A DNA stretch of 64,000 nucleotides, taken from Nemertoderma westbladi. Its lineage: Eukaryota > Animalia > Xenacoelomorpha. Position 1 is the stretch's first letter. Each line of letters begins with the position of its first letter. The notes beneath the pieces were generated by a model. The model made no database searches. It was given only the letters and a program-made list of their open reading frames with translations, and was not told where the DNA came from. The DNA lies in the NCBI GenBank assembly GCA_032718475.1, contig JAUCBJ010007509.1, positions 1 through 64,000 on the forward strand. Reading direction: 5' to 3'. Positions 60,537 through 64,000 of the stretch are shown here, piece after piece. A program made the translations under genes and the position numbers.

Positions 60537-63520
60537 TTTCGATAGCCGCTCCAGTAAAAGGTAGACCTGGAAATACTACCTGATAAATACTACCCTTCCC
60601 AACTCATTCATTCAATGTGGACTCTGCCTCCGAATGTAGCGTCCCTGCCTGGAATGACCTCCAGGCTCGCTAACCTTCTCCCACAGCAAATATCACTGAT
60701 AGGTTCAGATTTCCCATCCTTAATCCAAGTTTCTTGAGTGCCTTTACCGAGTCGATTCCTATGGTTCCATGGTACATCAGCACGCATGCAGAAACAGTAA
60801 CCAGGGTGGAGTCATTGTCAAAACATTTCCTGCACCAATCGCTGCTAGGATGTCATTCTACAGTATGTTTATTGCTAGGATGTGATTATTCTGCTGGATG
60901 TTTTATCATTGTAGGATATTAGTTGTACTGGTCTCGTGATAGATTCAGTGATTATTATTAATTCCTACGGTGCTGACTTAAATATATATCGCAGTATATT
61001 GCACTATATTGCAGTACCATTCATCAGTCAGGACACCCTGCCTGTACTACTGTATACATTATTCCAGTATGTCTGTATGTCGCTCATACTCTCAATATAT
61101 ACTGCTGTATAATATATGATAGTTGGATTCTTAAATACAACCTTAACAGTCGCGAATGGCCACAACCCTGGACCATCACCACTGAACATCTAGGTTTGTT
61201 GACCTCATCATCTTTATACATTACTATATCCGGGGATCAGTTTCCCTCTGGAATTGAAATCAGAGGTCTATGAAGTACGTTTTGTCCTCTGTACTTCAAC
61301 TGATCTGCTAAGAGTTTTTGGAAATGCTCATGGTGCCTGTTTCATTCCAGCTGGGTCTTTGGGCATATTGGAAGTATATGGCCAAGGGTTTATATTTTGC
61401 AGCATGTATAGCATGCTCGTGATACCTGGTTCCTCACCTCGCCTCTAGTATTCCTCGCCTTGTTATATAAGAGGTTTCCTTGAAGGTGAATCATCCCTAT
61501 CCACTCCCTGGCTGGGATCCACGTAGGGGGTTCAGGCAAACCATTTCTGTGTTTCAGGACTGCCAGCTGCATCCTTGAGTCCTGATCCATCCTTATTGCT
61601 ATACAGCCTGGACTGCCATACCTATAGTATCACTCTCTTGTTCTCTCATGGTGCGTTGTCGATAAGTAATCACTCGCTAGCTTTCAAAAGCGTTTAAGAT
61701 TGGCTCTCATCTTTGGACTCCACAACTCTTCCCAGTCTCTGAGTCATTAACAGCAGGATCTGTATAACTAGGGCTGGAATATCCAGTCACCCATCCTTGG
61801 AGTGAGCATGGAAATAAGTGAGGGGGTATCTCGTGGCATTTTCAGCCCCTTCCTCACCACAGCCCTTATTTTTCAGTCAACTCATTTTAGTAGTTTCTTA
61901 GTTGGGCATCCTATAACATTTGGTAGTAGATTACAGGGATGACATTTACCTTTATGATGGACAACCTGTGTTGTGGCTTCAAAGGTGCCTTTGTTATGTT
62001 TCTGAGGATGGTTATATGTCTGTTTTCAATATCCACCTTTGCTTCTTCTGCTCCTATCAGTGTAGCAAGGTATCTTTGGGTGTCGTCAAGCCGCATCGCT
62101 GGTATCAGTTCCCTGTTCGCAACAAGAAATGGGTTTGGGTTCACATTCCACTTCTTGGTTATTTAAGCTCGCTGACTTTCCCTTCAGACTGTACCTGATG
62201 GACAATCCTGCCTTTTTTTAAGGCTGCCTCTATGCTCGCAAGGTTGGTGCAACATCCCTCAGGCGTAGATGCTACTAGAGCAATGTCATCTGCAAACGCT
62301 ACATGGTTTATAGTAATGTCCCACTTCTCATCAGTGAATCTTAGGCGATAGCCAATGCCATCTTCGAGGTGGGACAGACCCCAATCCATTATCATTAGGA
62401 AGAACCCACTCGATAGAGGGTCTCCCTCTTTTTTGCACCATGTCTGATTACTAGGGGCTGGCTCAGCTCATTAAGGACTCTCAGCCGTGTTGTAGATTCG
62501 GTATATAGGTACCTCATATATCTAATGAAGCAATGGGAGATACCCAGCCGGGCTGCAGCTAGCAGCAGCAAGTCATAGGAGATGCTGTCAAATGCCTCAG
62601 AAACAACAATGATAGCAAGGCATATGTGAGATGGTGCTGATGTGCCTGTTCATAATGCTGTGTAGTAACCCAATATTATCTCAGCATCCATCACCCGTAA
62701 GGAACCCTTTCTGCCATTTACCAATGGATAAACCTGCTTCCATTTCCTTGCCAACATTCTAGTAGTCTGATGACCATAGAACTGATGGTTATCAGTCTAT
62801 GTTCCTCTGGCCATGTTGGATTTTCTATCTTTGGGATTAGGATAGTTACACCTAGTCTAAGCCTTCAAGGTTGGTATCCCACAAATTACCATGCCTTAAA
62901 GTGACCTGCTAAGAGGTCTATAGGGGTCTTTCAGAGGTCTGGACCATGCCAGGACTGGATTCCATCATCCTCATCATCTCTGTGCGAAGGTCTTTCGGAT
63001 CAAAGGAATGGATGAGTTCCCAACACATTTTGTTAACCTGTTTCAGTGTCCTTTTATCTGATGCACTTTGCATTCCAAATTTAGCAGCCCAGAAGGGTAT
63101 AACTTTATCCAGTGGCATTCGTTGCCTTTAATTCCACTATGTATCTTTGAGGACTGACTCGATACAAAACACTTTTGGTTTCTCTTCATTAGGGATTGTA
63201 CTCTCAGATAATAATACCTCTTCTTAATAAATTCCTCAAAAGAGCTTTCGATGCAGTCTTTTGTCTCTTGGCTGAGATTCCCATGGTTCTGTATAACATT
63301 CCATACCATCACATGATCTCTCATAAGGGAACTTTGGAAGGAGGTTTTATGCGACTCGAACCAGTCCTCGTTGGCCTGATGATCAATATCAGATTCATCT
63401 GATCCCCGGTTTGCAGTGTCCTTGAATAACTGGGTGGATACATGATCGAGCTTCACAGTTGGCTTTTGTGTAGAGACCAATGTCTCCTCACCATTGACTG
63501 ATGTCATTTTCATGGGTGCC
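60537..63520 (-). mobile_element. Degenerate R2-like (RLE-type) non-LTR retrotransposon
   Basis: GDPLS, VAFADDIAL, RYL, APLKPQHRL, C..C knuckle and PD-type nuclease region; GGCTATCGAAA 3' end. Confidence 0.7.
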
Positions 63521-64000
63521 TAACTCTTAGTCAGGGTATTATTATCAGGTGTCCAAAATACATCGCTTTCATTTGTCCCTTTAGGTATGGTAGGGCTGAT
63601 GAAGGTCTCTTCAATATATATATACCAATGTATCACTGTTGATATATATATACTATTTTTCACTTATGGAACAAATAATTATTTCATCAAGCAAAATAAA
63701 GCCAAACAAAGTCAACCAAAACAATCTGTCCTGACTTCCTAAACAACGAAAATGAGTGCAAGTGGCCCTAAACACTCGGTCTGTTCACTAATCGCTGAGA
63801 ATGTGGGCAGTTCACTAGGCAATCGAATATTTGTTCGGAGAATATTTTATTATTTCGACTCCTAAATAGTACAATGTGGCTGTAATTGCGGTTGGATTAT
63901 GACATTAGATTTACTGAATGTAGTACCCAACATTAAGACAACCGCTTAAGGTAGAATTATCAGTTTAATTTATTATCTAAATGTAAATAACTAAACTATT

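Overview
AT-rich eukaryotic DNA, almost certainly from an animal, made up nearly entirely of nested transposable elements; no host gene is recognisable. The centrepiece is a complete 18.1-kb Polinton/Maverick (adintovirus-like endogenous DNA virus) at 25122-43243, with AGTAGT termini, ~320-bp TIRs and a 6-bp TSD (GATGTT/GACGTT). It is inserted into the gag ORF of a BEL/Pao LTR retrotransposon, and removing it restores one continuous 965-aa ORF. It carries the expected core genes: packaging ATPase, integrase, two pentons, a basic core protein, major capsid, adenain protease and protein-primed PolB. It also carries a RING-finger protein and, most unusually, an intact ~180-aa TATA-binding-protein (TBP)-like gene overlapping the end of polB, plus a putative PC4-like ORF upstream of polB. 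Together these suggest an element-encoded basal-transcription module. The flanks hold three TTAA-flanked piggyBac-type non-autonomous elements (the middle one a recombinant), a young RTE LINE, and remnants of CR1/L2, EnSpm/CACTA, P-like, IS3EU, Gypsy and R2-like elements, a tRNA-derived SINE and minisatellites. Family calls come from motif recognition by eye; no searches were run.
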